DNA from: Tubulanus polymorphus
Taxonomy: Eukaryota > Animalia > Nemertea
Direction: 5' to 3'
Assembly: GCF_964204645.1 (NCBI RefSeq)
Contig: NC_134031.1
Span: 13,565,807-13,629,806 of the forward strand
Length of the DNA: 64,000 nt
In this document: positions 13,701 to 28,700 of the stretch, in pieces
Layout of the letters: each line of letters starts with the position of its first letter
Position numbering within the stretch: position 1 is the first letter of the stretch
Made by a program: the position numbers and the translations under genes
The notes under the pieces: generated by a model
The model's database searches: none
What the model saw: only the letters and a program-made list of their open reading frames with translations
What the model was told of the DNA's origin: nothing

Positions 13701-16700
13701 TCTCAAGTGGCCGTAAATAAACCGATAACTTTCCGTCTCTCCGTGAGAGAATTTACACAGACTATGCGTTCGCTTCGATTTAACTCAATATTTCTACAGT
13801 TTTAAGGTTCTAAAAATCCCAGTACGCTGCCACCATTTGTGAAATCTCCTCTTTCGTTGGCTCAATCAAGAAAGGGGGAATAATCGTTTCCACAGAACCT
13901 CTAAATTAATCAAAGACCACGCCGAGATTTACCTAACGTCTTCTTCTTTTATTACCACGCCTAAAGGGAACAAAAGAATCCCCACACAATACGGGGTCAC
14001 TAAAAAACGGATTTGGACTCGGTAAAAGCCGGAAACCGGAATTAACCGGTCCATCACAATCATTGCAAGTCAGAACCAGTTAATCACTAATTAACATGCA
14101 TTTTAATAAATCTGATTCCCTCTTTACAGTGAACGTAGCTTTAACCTCATAGAGGCTACTAGTCTATGTTGGCCTATGTATGCGTAGGCCTAAAATCCGG
14201 ACAGATTGGTCATAGGCCTATTGAATTTCAACATCATATACACCTTATTCAACAGAGATAGGTCTCTGCGGTATTCAATTCGTAAAATCGATATCATTTA
14301 CGGATTATGAAGAAAGAAATCTTTTGTAAATCGTAGCAATCTTGCCGGAATTTCATTTCAAATTTTGTTTTGAAATTCAATCCAATGAGTACGTTGATAA
14401 ACGCAACAATTATACTGCGTTTGTTTGAGGCAGTAAAGCTCAGTACCGGTAGGCCCAAAGCCTAAAGGTCGCGTACAACTCGATAAACACTTCAAGCGAC
14501 ACGGCGAACGACCTTCTTTTCCCCACGGCGAAGGCTTACTCCGAATGTCAAGTGTGAGTCTAGCATACGGATAGGAGTGTGTTATATACTTGTATTTAGT
14601 AAATACCTTGTGGATTTGACAATGATCCGTATGTACTGTAGGAAATATAGAGTATTGATAAATGGTTGAAGCCCGCGGCCGAATGAAGTAATATATCCTT
14701 TTAATTTAATACCTCGTAGAAACAACAGCTTTTCTCCGCTACATCTCTGCGGCATGTTTAGTTTAGGCCGACGACTCCCCGGTACTCTAATGATTTATCC
14801 TAGTAAATATACGATGAGTTTGGTAAAGAAAAATAGGTATTGTTAAACTAACTGTTTGAAGCCCGCGGCCATATTACTGGTAGTAATAAATTGATTTGTA
14901 CTTGATTTGATTGTCATGATTAGGAGAAACTCACAGGTGATCCCCGGAACGAAGATGAAGAGACACACGTCGATTCGTCGATGTTTACGGCTCGACAGTG
15001 ATTTTAAAATCTAGAGCAGTAACCTTCCTGTGTATCGGTAATATGATTTGATGAGGATAATGGGTTATTGTTAAAAATTACTGTTTGAAAACCGCGGCTG
15101 AATGTGAAGTCTTGCGGCAATAAATTTGTTTATTTACACTTGAATTGATAATCGAAGTGACGAGCAACCTCCTGTGGATTTCGGGATGACGACTTAGAAA
15201 AGCATGTCGCCTCATTGAATGGGACCCAATTTTCGATGTTTACGGCCCGACAGTGCTTTTGTTACGTTGATTAATAAAATATGCACGGAGTATTTGTAGA
15301 TCGAAGTGAGCTGAAGGATATCATACGGATTGTAGCGGCAACAGTGGCAAGGTAACAAAGCCTATGTTCTTTAAGTGAAAATAGTGTGACATAAAATAAT
15401 AAATACAGCTGCAAAGCAGCGATAACAGGGTTTCTGCGCAGTCTTAAAATCCTGTTAAACGATCAACACAGTTTTATAAAAGGAAGATCGGCAAACAGTC
15501 AATTATACCTACTTGAAGCCATGGACGACTGGACCAGATGGTCTTATTTGACTCTGGAGAATCGACTGTTAGGTCTTAATTAGTATTTATGGATTTCGAC
15601 ACAAAGCATTTGATTAGGTACAACATCAGCCATTTATAAACAAGCTATTGGGAAACAGTATCAGGGTCGCTCAAATGGCTCAGCCGTTATATCCGAACGA
15701 AAACAGGTGGCCGAAATCCACGGAACACCTCATCTTGGAATAAGTCGGTCTAACTAAGGCAGTTACGCAAGGTAGTATCCTAAGTCCTCACCAGATTGCA
15801 CATAACGTTTTCACAAAGTTATGCAACGTTAGCTTGAAGTAGTTGATTTAACGTTCGCAGCAAAACGTTGTCTTAACGTTTTATCAACGTCACATATTAT
15901 AGGAATTCAAACATTTATGAATTCAGTGATTTAAGAGAAATTTATCGCATCAATTATTAATTTCTAATTACTGAATCGGAAAATTGTAGAAAGTATTGAA
16001 ATATTCTTCTGTAAAACTGGGATTTGAAACGCATCATCGTGAATTTTACTTTCAAGAGCAACAGCTACTGAGTAGTGCGAAATAGTGTTGACCGCGCATC
16101 TCTTTGTCTGGATACAATCAGCGTTAATACAAAAGCGAGTTTTCACGAAGTTTTCAAGTTCAAGATCCTATTGTGTTAGGCCTATCATCGTCGACGAACT
16201 TCTTATTCCTTTGAGGTATTGTGTGTTCATTCACATATAGTTATAAAATAGGCCTTATGGTACTATCTAGGCTCATAACCGACCGACCGACCGCCCGCAC
16301 AATTCAATTCAATTTCTTCTTTATTGTGTTTAATGTTTTACATAATCATTTTCCCAATGTTATTGTTAAATACCAAATGAACACTCCAATACAACCCGCC
16401 CACGTCTGAAGAAACCAAAAGAATCCCCATCGCAGTCACCTACAGTCCGCGCCTACGCAGAATCCAACGAATCGTTACAGATCTCCAACCCATAGTCGAA
16501 GAGGATGATCATCTACGCGACATACTACTACTAAGACCAGTCATCGCGTACCGCCAACCAGCAAACCTAAGAAAACTCCTCATCAGCAGCAAACTATCCA
16601 CCGAAGAAGACTCAGATAACAAATACACGCGCCCCTGCAACAAATCTAGATGTCAACTCTGCCCTCTCATCAACTCATCACCGACCGTCACCGCAGCCAA

Positions 16701-19700
16701 CAACCAACAACTCAAATTCACTGGACCCTACACATGCGACTCCACCAACGTTGTTTATGCCATCACATGCGATATCTGCCCTGGAACCATCTACATCGGA
16801 GAAGCTGGACAAACATTACGTCAACGCATGAACGGTCACAAATTTGATATGAGACACAAGAAAATGGATAAACCTATCGGCGAACATTTCAATCTTCCGA
16901 ACCACACCATCAGTAACCTAAAAGTGACCGCGTTACATAAAATTAACACTTCTAATAAGCATTCGCGCGAAATCATGGAACAAAAACTTATTCAACACGG
17001 TGATACTGTTAATCTTGGCCTCAATTGCGATCTAGGATTCATGTCCGACTACAGAACGTAATTTCGTGTGTTATTCATTGTATCTGGACTTATCTCGGAC
17101 TTCCATTTCTTGTTATTTGTTGCTCTTAGATACTATATGTTTATATTAATTTGTATAGTTTCATTTTGATTTATTTCTCTTTGATTTGTTTTAGTTTGTT
17201 GTTCTGTTATTAATCAATTATCTACGCACTCACTTAGTTATTAATCATCATGTCACTCATCATTTATTTGTAATTACTCTTCTCATTCAGTGCTCTGTAA
17301 TTAGTGTCAGTCCACCTATAAATACTGTTGTTTTTCTATTGACCATACTCATTCACCTGATGAAGCTTCTATACATTAGTAGCGATAGCTCGTGCGTCAA
17401 ATAAATAGTTTACCTATATAGTACTACTCGTCTCGTTACTTATTTTAAACCAGGTTAACACGGCTATTCTACGAATATTCTATGCAACGTTGAATGAGAG
17501 CTTAGTAAACGAGCCGTAATGGCAAAATGGTCACGTCAGTTGATGATCGAAACAGTAGAAGCTTGTGAAGAATGGTCACCTCGTTGACAATTGCAACCAG
17601 GGGAGGATTAAGGAGGGCAGGGGCTATTTTTGCCAAGAAAACATTTTCACAACCCAGCTTAAAGAAAGAAATACAACAGTGGCAAATTATTGCTTGGCAT
17701 ATTTTTTTGGAAACACTCAACGATGATCAGAAAACCTTCCATTTGCTTCTAATTTCTGTGAGGGGGGGGGGGGGTGTGAACCCCTTAAATAGGTTTTGCG
17801 TTAATGGCGCTCGCTGTCAATGTACATATTTAGACCTAGGAAGTTAGCGCCCTACCCCATTCTAGATTCTACGACCCTCCCTGCAGCGCAGAATTATTGT
17901 AATGATCAGAATACTCACTGTCGATGTTCCTTTTTCCCCAGTAAATGGCAGTAAAGTGTGTCTTCAATTGGGTTAGTTGAAGAATGGAAGAAATACAAAT
18001 TCGACTATACACACGATAATCTCTTGAGTGTTGTGAACATAATCTATTGAGAGGGCAACATCGCGCTCCCCGGCTTCTATCGCTTGCACGACTGTAACTT
18101 CCCATTGGCCTTGGGTGTAAAACCCCTGTCAAAGAGATCGAATTACATGTATTTTTTGAAGTTTTTCTAAAGACTTGCCTTTTGTATTCTAGACATTTCA
18201 GGAGTACAATGCGCGATATACCGAGGCTGTTAACGCGAGTGTATACACCTGGAACAGTTACCGAACTGTCGCCTACGATGCCGTATGGGCAGTCGCACTG
18301 GCTCTCAATAAAACATCGATGATTCTGCACCAAAAGGTTCGTAAGAGGGGTTATCGACATACTAGCACTCTCGCCATGCTGCGTGACTAACCTTACCACT
18401 ATACGTTAGTAAGATTAGTTCATTCTCAGAGCCGTGGGAAGGAATTTTTCAGCGGCGAGGCTTATTTTTGAAGGGGGGTCTGGGGCCCTCCCCTAGAAAA
18501 ATTTTGAAAATTCAATCGCTGGAGATGCGTTTTGGGGCCATTTCACGGTCTCATTCACAGAAGCATAATAAGTCGTGAGCCAACCACCTAGTACAGAGAA
18601 CGACGAGCTGATACGCGGTACAGCGTGCTTTTGAAAAAAGTTTTGTTAAGCAAAAAGTTGGGCGGCTTTGGCCGCCCCTGTCGCCCCTGTCGCGACAGCC
18701 CTGATTTGTAGAAATTAAACCCTGATTTCAAGTATTATGTATATACAGTATACGATCGGTATTTTACCCCTTGGCGGTAGTATTTGTATCGTTGCTCCTC
18801 CATGTGTCTGTCGGTCGTCCGTCCGGAGTACTTGTTCCCATTCTACGGGGCACACTTTTTGAAACAGATTATTTGTTTGGACATGCGGTGTTTTCTATAT
18901 AGCGTAAGAACCCTGTTGATTTTGGTGTCAATCGCATGCAAGATGACAGGTTGGCAGCAACATTGGATCCTAAAGATTCACTGTTCCAATCTTACAGGGG
19001 GTGTTTCCATTGTCGGGATATACATACGTAGGACTGTATTGATTAAGCACTACCTCGTTTTGTACAAATGTGCATCGGTTTCCTCTTGATTTGCACGACT
19101 TCGAGATCTCCCAAAATGTAACCAGAATTTTCAGCCAAACGACCACAAACGATTACAAAGAATGCATTATCAAAATTTGATCCAACACTTTCTTTTTCGA
19201 CACGGTGTAAAATTTTATCATCTTCGAATCAAGAAATGCATAAAGACTGCGCGATCTAATTTGAATAGCTAAGTTTTCTTCGCATGAATATCGGTACTTG
19301 ATCGGCCCAGACGTCGATGTAACAAATGTTTGAATGAATTTCGGCTCTTTTGTTTAGTCGAGACGTTTGGAAGAGTTCACCTATCAGGACAAAGAAACAC
19401 GGGATATCATCCTTGAAGTTATGCAGAATACAAGTTTTCATGGCGTTTCGGTAAAAGTGTGATGAAACGTAGGATCGCCTAAGCTTGAAATTATAACAAC
19501 AATCTAGAATTAAACTTTGAAATTCTAGATTGTTGTTATGATTTCAAGCGTGCGATTTCATGAATCAATTTTGTCTGATTTATCATCTCTATGAATTCTA
19601 AGTGCCTGTTGGTTCCTATACGGTTATAGGGTGGTATTGGGTTCGATTCACACGGTGATCGGTTGGCCATTACGGAAATACGACAATTTGTCGGTAAGTG

Positions 19701-22700
19701 TATAATAACCTTTTCACGCAGTCCAAAAGGCAATGATGTACATTTGATGTACATCTGACTTTAGACGCCGTGCATATATCTTCAAGCTTATTCCCTTTCA
19801 CATCATTTTGGCAGGTGATGAAGAAAGGAGGGTTGCGCTGTATTTTGCGGAAACAAAACAATTAAATGTATCCGGATACCAGGTCAGATGGCACGGTGAT
19901 GGTCCACCACTAGACGGCGAGAGATTGCTATATGAAACCCAGTTTTTGAACCCATACGTGTTTTGGGGATCTTTAATTTTTGCTTTTGGTGGTGTCATTC
20001 TTTCATTGTGTTTTCTATTATTCAACATACTCCACAGGAACTATTCGTAAGTTTTATGTACTGCTGCAATATCATTCGTACAGTAATCTCTATAGGACAG
20101 GTGATTGCGTGAGAGATAATCTAACATAATATTGGACATATCCTCATAACTTCAATAAACTCAATCTAGTTGACTGTTTGTTCTATCGTTAAATAAGTAA
20201 GCGATGACTAAACTTTAATGAAATCCTCGGTTTAATGATTATTGATCGCTTTAACAACATTTTTCGCCGAACGTGATAATTGTTTTCAGGTTCATCAAAC
20301 TCTCTTCGCCACGACTCAATAACGTTATCGTTATCGGCGGCTTTTTGACGTACTGTTCGATCGTCTTGTTTGGTTTGAGCGGAGAATATATCAGCAACCA
20401 ACATTTTTACATCATTTGTCAGGTTGTGCGAAAATATCTATGAAATAATATACAGTAGAACCTCGTTAATACGAGTACTCGGGGCAGTAGAAAATCATTC
20501 GTAACGAAAATTTGTGTCATGCAATCCAACGTAAATTTCCCACCAATAGTTGCCTATCGATTCCCAGCACGCCCATATGCTCTCTGCTGGGTGTAGGTAT
20601 ACATGTTCATGGTTCTGAATAATGAAAGTGAAGAGATAAAACGGAATAACACTTTTTTTCAAAATTCATTTGTTGGTCGATTAAAGCCTTCGACGCAATG
20701 TCAAATGTTATTTTGTATCAAGTCTGATACAGGGGATCAGCAATCGTCCCGCATTGATTTACTAAGGAAATGAGACCTACGTATCGACCGAAGATTTTAA
20801 ACGAATTTTCGTATCATCGCGTTGGTATTAAACTTATTAACATTCTAGTGATTCGTACAAAACATGGCCGGGACATAAACTCATCGCTATACGCGAGTTT
20901 CGTAGTAGACCTCTTAGTATAAACGAGGTTCCACTGTATTTATATGAAAACGCTCGATCAGCTCTGGTCAGGCAGTATATATTAAACTTATATTAGAAAT
21001 ATCAATGCATATGTAATGAAGCGACCTGCCCTATATAGTGTGTGGATTACATTTTCGGTTCTACAGTATCGAAAAATCTGTTATCAGTTAAACTGAGTAG
21101 TTAGTATAAAAAAGCATTTTACTGCGGTCAACCTACATAAGTATTTTCGTTTGCATTGGATTGAACATTGTAATTTTTGAAGCACTTGCTTTTTAAGTTG
21201 GTTGAAGCCAATGCAAAATGTTTGTTATCGTTCATATGTTGATGCAATTTTAGCATAAGAAAAATGTGGCTATTCGATTTTACCAGATTCGAAAATGGGT
21301 TTTGTCGATCGGATTTTCATCTGCCTTTGGTGCGCTGTTCGCTAAGACGTGGAGGGTTCACGTCATATTCACGCGCAAAGCAATTATCGGATCGCATAAG
21401 GTATGGCACAAATATTAGGGATATTTTTCATTTCATTCGAAATGTTTGTTCTTCACCGCATTTCAACATATTGCAGTTTGTCTTGCAGCCGCTTCACGAT
21501 CATCATCTGTTTCTTTTCGTTGGTTTACTGATCATAAGTGATTGTTGTATCCTGGCTGCTTGGATGGGTTTGGATAAAACGTTTATCGTTTCCAAAGCCG
21601 TGTCGGAGCAGGTACATACAGTAAAAAATACTGTTAAAGGGCAAGTGCCATCAAATGTGTACGTACTTTCCTTTTTTTAACCAGAAGAAACTTAAGTATA
21701 TATACATAACGACATAAGATCTGTCTGATCGAAAAAAGTAGCTCGAATTAACCGCAAATGAGTCATTTATTTATTTATCCTTTTAATAAAGAAGTTTCCA
21801 GTTTCTAGGCGCCATTTTGTGGCGGTCCCTCAAGGTCCCCATTGTTGCGATAATTTGCGCTCATTTTCAAAACATAAGTTTAGATTGAATATCATATAGT
21901 TCTGCAGTCCCTTGCTCGATGAACTGAATTTATACACCATTTTGAAGGAAATGAAATGCAGATATTTGTTAGTGATTCTTGGAATTTTTGAACGCAACAA
22001 TTGAGAACAGTGACGATGTGAAACCAAGGACCGCATATCTTATCGCGCGTAAAAGAAATCGCGATATCTATTAATTTTGAAATATCTGAGTATATCTTGA
22101 AGCTATATTTCCAATTTTCACAGAGGTTAAAGAGGGTTATTTGCAATTTAGGCCTGCTTTTAAATTTTTTGAATATCTTTCCTGAGACTGATCTGTACCC
22201 ACTTGAGTTTGAGATTACGCGCAAAAGGGGTCTCCCACTGCGCACTGCCATTTCACCGAACATTGAGATTTGCGAAAAGAAATCGCAAAAATAAGATTTT
22301 ATACTGGTTTGATATCATTAATATTGCTTCTTATGGTTATATATTACCTTTATTTTCGTATGGTTAAAAATGGACGTCGAGTCCTATGAGGAATTCGAGT
22401 TTTGTAGCGTTGGGAAATTGAAGGATTTCTTAAGAGTGGCCCACTCGTATAAGAAATCCCCAGGGGACGTTCTGTGTTGGTTTCAAAGGTGGCCTAGTTG
22501 AGAGCCTAATTTGCTTTTCAACAGAATGTACCACTCATGGATGGACACTAGAACAAAATCTAAGTTTTAATATATTTTTTAATATGCGGCGCAGCTTTAA
22601 GTAGCCCAACAGGACGTTGACCCCCTAAAACAGAATATCAAATGGGGGACAGGAGCCCCTTTAAATACAATATTGGAATTTCATATTAGTTAGGTTATCT

Positions 22701-25700
22701 GGTCGATGTTTTCCAGCAAGAAGGTTGAGATTCAGAAAATTCATCGTATGCTCCCAGGATGAGGGATTACCAGATAGAGATATGTGTTGAAATATGTCCT
22801 AAGCGTTTAAATTGACTGGCACATTTCACCATGGACTCTAAAACGTTTTGGGCCAATGATTTCACCGAACACAAAATCGGCGCTAGGCTGGACGGGCTGC
22901 ATGCGACAATTCCCCAACTGGGCCGTTCAAACTTCAAAGCTGGACAAACCGGATCCAGAAACCAGCTAAACGAATTGCCCCCGCCAAAATACAGTACAAA
23001 CAAGATATGGATTATAATCTCAAAATATCCCCATGGAAAATGTGAAGAAATCAAATTGCACTTAAATATTTCTTGTCGCAAATCTCAATGTTCAGTGAAA
23101 TTGCAATGCGCAGTGGGAGACCCGTTTTGCGCGTAATCTCAAACTCAAGCGGATACAGATCAGTCGTCAGCAAAGATATTCAAAAGATTTTAACGCTAGC
23201 TTAAACTGCAAATAACCCTCTTTAACTTCTGTGAAAATAGGAAATATAGCTTCAAGAGATACTTATATATTTCAAAATCAATAAATATTGCGATTTCTTT
23301 TACGCGCGGTTAAGATATGCGGTCCTTGGTTTCACATCGTCACTGTTCTCAATTGTTGCGTTCAAAAATTCCAAAAATCCCCAGCGAATATCTGCATTTC
23401 ATTTCCTGTAAAATGGTGTATAAATTCAGTTCAGCGAGCAAGGGACTGCAGAACTATATGATATTCAATCTAAACTTATGTTTTAAAAATGAGCGCAAAT
23501 TATCGCAACAATGGGGACCTCGAGGGACCGCCACAAAATGGAGACCTAGAAACTGGAAACTTCTTTATTTAAGATGTTATCCATATATACCATGGAAATG
23601 GTTAGAGTGTAACAAGTATTCGTATTCGTATTCTATGACCACCACGACAAGCACGTGTGCGCACTAGTATGCGAATCGATATGTAAATCGATAAAATAAA
23701 CATAATTTATTCGCCGTATTCACGGACCTACAGCGCTACTCATTTATATACGTTTATCATATCATATACAACGCAACACTATACAATGGAAGTAAGAGTT
23801 TATTAAATCAAATCACTCCCAAAACGATAAAACCGCTTGAAATGTCTAGTGAAATGACTAGAAGCAGTCAGCGTTTGTCAGAGATGACGTCAGAAACGCA
23901 CACCTGCTAACATAAACAATAACAGTAAGCACGTGCTGAAATCGCCGATTTAAAAGTCGTATTTCTCAGTAATGGCTGAACTAAATTCAAAGCAGTAGCA
24001 TATTTGTATTTGTAAATACATTACATTTGAAAATCATTGTTACACAATATTCTATTTTGATGGCATTTGCTCTTTAATGAATTGTAAAGGGCATGTCCTG
24101 ATAAAATGTCACTTTTTTCAATCATATGGTATTTATTGATAAACAGTTATGTAATTGAATACATTTTTCTCCTAGAATGAAGTTGTTGGATCTTTACTTC
24201 GTTTTTTTCCCCAGCACCTTCCGTTTCAATGTGTCTTCCTTTACTTATCAGGCCATCAACTCCACCCACCGGACGATCTTTTACGTGAACATTTGCCAGT
24301 CAAATTTCAGTCTTTACTGGACAGGAGCTTTCTACGTGAAGAACGGTCTATTGTTACTGTTTGGCTGTTTCCTGGCGTTTGAAACGCGAAAGGTTCTTGT
24401 CCCCGGCTTAAACGATTCTAAGTATGTATCACCCATCAACTATTGTACTTCACTTTTCCTGTTGGTGTGTAAATCTACCAAGACTAATGTACGAACCGTA
24501 AGAAGAGTTTATATGTCCTCATGAGAAAACTTATTTCCTCAAGTGTACGCTTGAAAATAATCTCCTAGATAAATTTGACATAGATTATATTCATGTATCG
24601 CGTATTTGTAACAGTTTTAGACTGCTTTCAACATTCTATAAACGAATCTTTGATTCCATCAAAGAATCCGACCTTCAAACTAATTTGCAAAAATATGATA
24701 TCCCACCACTGATTTTTGATTACGAAGTAATTTTTTCCTTAAGTACAACAAACTGATACCATAAATAGATTATGAATCTTTTCAGATATATAGGAATATG
24801 TGTGTATAATGTGGTGGTAATGTGCATAATGGGTGTAACGGTATCCCTGGCGCTGCAAAATGAACAGACGATAGGCTTCGCGTTCATCGCTTTCTCACTT
24901 TTCTTCTGCGCTACTGTTTCCCTACTTCTTTTGTTCATACCGAAGGTAATTTTCCTACCAGTATGCTCTAATTACTTCAGGATCAGTCATCCACAGCACG
25001 TATGATAAAATTCGGCGATGCTAATACATGTAGTTATCTAAGAAGTTTCCAGTTTCTGCGCCATTTTGTGGCGTGCCCTCGAAGTACCGGTACTCATTGT
25101 TGCGATAATTGTCATTCTTTTTTAAACATTAGTTTCAATTGCAACTTGGTCTTACCGGCTCAAGTATAAAATATTCAAGGAAAAGTAGTCCAATGGCCTT
25201 TTTACCTTACGTATCAAGACGCACAATGCTGACCAAAGATCTGCCAATCTTAACATACTGACATACTGGCACTCCCGAAATACCGACGATCCGACATACC
25301 GGCACTCCCGACATACCGACAATTCGACATGCCGGCACTCCCGACATACCGACAATTCGGCACACTCCGGCAATGCTGCAAACCTACATACAGACATTCC
25401 AGTCCAGTTGTTTTGAGAATATATATTTGTAAGGCTGGGGCGTTCGGTTCCTAATAATGCCCTGTAGAGAGATGCCGGGATCACGAGGCGTTCGGTTCCT
25501 ATCAATCCGTTGTATAGAGATACCGGGATCGTGGGGCGTTTGGTTCCTAATATGCCCCTGTATAGAATTGCTAGGATCGTGGGGTGTTTGGTTCCTAATA
25601 CTCCCCTGTACAGAATTGCTGGGATCGTGAGGCGTTTGATTTCTTATATTTCCCTGTACAGAGGTGCTGGGATTGTGGGGTGTTTGGTTCCTAATATTCC

Positions 25701-28700
25701 CCTGTACAGAGGTGCTGGGATCGTGGGGCGTTCTTTTCCTAATAATCCCCTGTAGAGAGGTGCTAGGATCGTTGTATGTCGAATTGTCGGATTGCCGGTA
25801 TGTCGGAATGTCGGGATTGTCGGATTGCTGGTATGTCGGGAGTGTCGGAATGTCGGGATTGCCAATTTTATATAATTCAAATACAGAATTATGAACCGAA
25901 TCACTCTTTCATTTTATCTTTAGCTTCTCCAATGGACTATATTACCATGATATTTTATACTTAATCCGGTCTTACCTTTACTTTCATACGGGTTGAAAAT
26001 GGACATTGAGTGCTTTGAGAGCTTGGAGTTTGGTAGTATCGGAAACTGAACGTCTTGTATATAAGAGAGACCGGGGACTGATCTGTTCGGTTGCAAAGCT
26101 GACTTTGTTGATAACCTGTTGGCGTTTGAACGGAATTCACCACTCATGGTTTGAGATAAGAAACATGTTTTCCAGCAAGAATGTCTAGATTCAGTATCGC
26201 ACGATCCCATAATGAGGGATCACGAGAGAAATGTACGTTTTTAACATGCCATAAACTTCTAAATTGATGCCACGCGCTAAAATGCTGTACCATTTCACCC
26301 GAAGATATTTCAAAATGAATTAAAATCGCGATATTTTTGGGCGCGGTTGAAATATGCCGTCATTGGTTTCACATTTGCCACTGCTTTCAATTGTTGTTGC
26401 GTTCGAAAAACCCAAGAATCCCATGCAAAAATCTGCGTTTCATCTCCTTTCAAACGGTGCATAGATTAAGTTCATCAAGCAAGAGATTGTAGAGCTAATT
26501 GGAAGGGCTCAAGTCCATTGTAGCATTAAATAGTTCCAGCAGAGACTTATCACATTGGACTGGTATTTGGAATTAATCCGCAAATATAAGACTGATTGAA
26601 TCTTACGTCATTACGCCATAGGACGTGCGGCTCAGCTCCAGAAAAGGTAAAAGTAGAGATCTATCAATCCTAAATGTTGGCCGATTCTACTCGTCGACAA
26701 TGTCTACAACCCCGATTGTCGTCCGATTCTACTCGTCGACAATGTCTACAACCCCGATTGTCGTCCGATTCTACTCGTCGACAATGTCTACAACCCCGAT
26801 TGTCGACCGATTTTACTCGTCGACAATGTCTACAATCATGTTTATACAATCTTATATAGAGTGGCTGGGATCGAGGGGCTGCGTGTGTGCGAGGATTACG
26901 CTTATATAGAGTGGCCGGGATCGAGGGGCTGCGTGTGTGCGTGGATTACTCTAATATAGAGTGGCCGGGATCGAGGGGTGGTGTGTGCGTGGATTACCCT
27001 TATATAGAGTGGCTGCTATCGAGGGGCTGCGTGTGTGCGTGGATTACCCTTATATAGAGTGGCTGGGATCGAGCCCTTATATAGAGTGGCTGGGATCGAG
27101 GGGCCGCGTGTGTGCGTGGATTGTGTGCGTGGATTACCCTTATATAAAGTGGCTGGGATCGAGGAGCTGCGTGCTTCCGTCAGTTGATTTTCACAATCAG
27201 GATTGTAGACATCTTCGACGAGTAGAATCGGTCGACAATCGGGGTTGTAGACATTGTCGACGAGTAGAATCGGTCGACAATCGGGATTGTAGACATTGTC
27301 GACGAGTAGAATCGGTCGACAATCGGGGTTGTAGACATTGTCGACGAGTAGAATCGGTCGACAACCGGGGTTGTAGACATTGTCGACGAGTAGAATCGGT
27401 CGCAGCCGAATTGCTCCTTTTCTATAAATGTATCTTTGAGCGGGGAACTATTCCACGCTATACTGGACTTGAACCATTGGAATTCAATCTAAACTTATGT
27501 TTCAAAAAAGAGTGCAAATTATCGCAACTATGATGGGGACCTCGCCTAGAAACTGAAAAATTCTTTAGTTAAATAGTGAATATTGAAACCCAGTTATCAA
27601 CATCAAAACTTTGATATGTTTTCAATAATGTGGGAGAAAAATATGACGAGATGCGTGATCGAAAAAGTTATCACAGCAGGAGGTTTAAGCCAATGCACAG
27701 TTCTGATTTCGACGGTCTGAAATGACAGCATTATTTTCATTGTAATTGAACCGGTCGATTTGAATAAGGGTTCTGCACTCATGAGCGAGTCGATACATTA
27801 CCTAACACCTAAAACACATGTATTATATTTTTTTTCGTATTTTGGTGGTTATAGATACAATATTTAAGGAAACATCCCGAGGATAGGTCTTCTGAAGACA
27901 AATTGAAGATTGTACGAATGAAAATGTCAAGTACATTTGAATTCTCGCGGAAAAGAGTACGTTACAACCGTTAATTGAAATCACCGACCATTTCACGCAT
28001 TATTTTTAACGCTTTTCACTTAAAGTAAACGCACGAAGAGCGTTTATGGTGCGGCGTGGCCTTTAATTCATGTTTTATGTCGATTGTAGGTTACGAAAGC
28101 AATAGAAAGTGGTAGAGATGATCGAACAACGGATATGAGTTGCAATGCGTCCCCCAAAAGTTCGACCGACAAGGTCGCCGAAACGCCGACGGAGAAGTTA
28201 CAGTTTCAATTACGAAAAGTATCTACTTTTTCGCATGGTGGGATTAGGGCCACAACGACCTCGTTCGTTCGCAACGACTCGTCGCAACGTACAACTCTAT
28301 GATACCGGTTTTAGTCCCAGGATCTTTTGTTGGCTTCCATTGACAAGTGCCTGTCTGACAACAATACAGTGAAAAAAATCCACAAAATGAAACAAAACTG
28401 GAAGAGCATCTGACATTTCGACTCAATTCTATGAGCCATATAACATTTTTTTATAGCTCTTTTTCTGTCATAAGCACAATAATGCACCATCCTGCAATAA
28501 CCGTGTACATATACATGTATATACATTTCATTAAAATGAATAAATAACATCTCTATCTATCTATTTTAGTTAGAGAATCAAAACACATGGCTGCAAGGCA
28601 AGGTTGACAGTTTAAACCGCTCGAAATGTGATCTCCGGCAAAAGATTGAGGCATTGAAGCGCAAAATGGAGACTTCCGATATAAGGACCCCGCCGATTAG

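Larger units (their letters stand above)
7463..14128 (-). mobile_element. Decayed Ty3/Gypsy LTR retrotransposon (gag-PR-RT-RH-IN), only one LTR recognisable (about 13838-14128)
   Basis: Zinc knuckles CRRCREPDH/CYNCGQ, protease LLDTGAAVT, RT CVDYRKLN, MPFGLTNAP, YLDDV, RNase H LDTDAS and TDHAALKW, integrase LHSDEGSNF, GPF motif; many frameshifts. Confidence 0.93.
5963..15790 (-). mobile_element. Helentron-type non-autonomous element(s) (HINE): one copy about 5963-15400 plus a second truncated copy 15402-15790, carrying a captured LINE RT fragment
   Basis: Terminal motif AAATATAGCTGCAAAGCAGCGATAACGGG at 5963 and about 15402, same as at 35034 and (inverted) 50445-50477; 15220-15390 matches 39445-39610. 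Confidence 0.55.
5586..17478 (+). mobile_element. 5'-truncated Penelope-like retroelement with inverted 5' pLTR (5586-5960), GIY-YIG coding end (about 16400-17061) and 3' pLTR/tail; hosts nested insertions
   Basis: 5586-5960 is the reverse complement of about 17080-17440; GIY-YIG NVVYAITCDICPGTIYIGEAGQTLRQRMNGH; 13-bp TSD TCTATGCAACGTT at 5573-5585 and 17479-17491. Confidence 0.85.
25040..27565. mobile_element. Second, diverged copy of the same foldback family, filled with minisatellite-bearing inserts
   Basis: AAGAAGTTTCCAGTTTCT at 25040; CCTAGAAACTGAAAAATTCTT near 27546-27566. Confidence 0.65.

Noticed and set aside
17869-18399. 176-aa minus-strand ORF
   Set aside because: It is antisense to a GPCR exon and has no recognisable motifs.
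26680-27402. 36-bp repeats as a CRISPR array
   Set aside because: Units are directly adjacent with no unique spacers, there are no cas genes, and the context is a eukaryotic intron.
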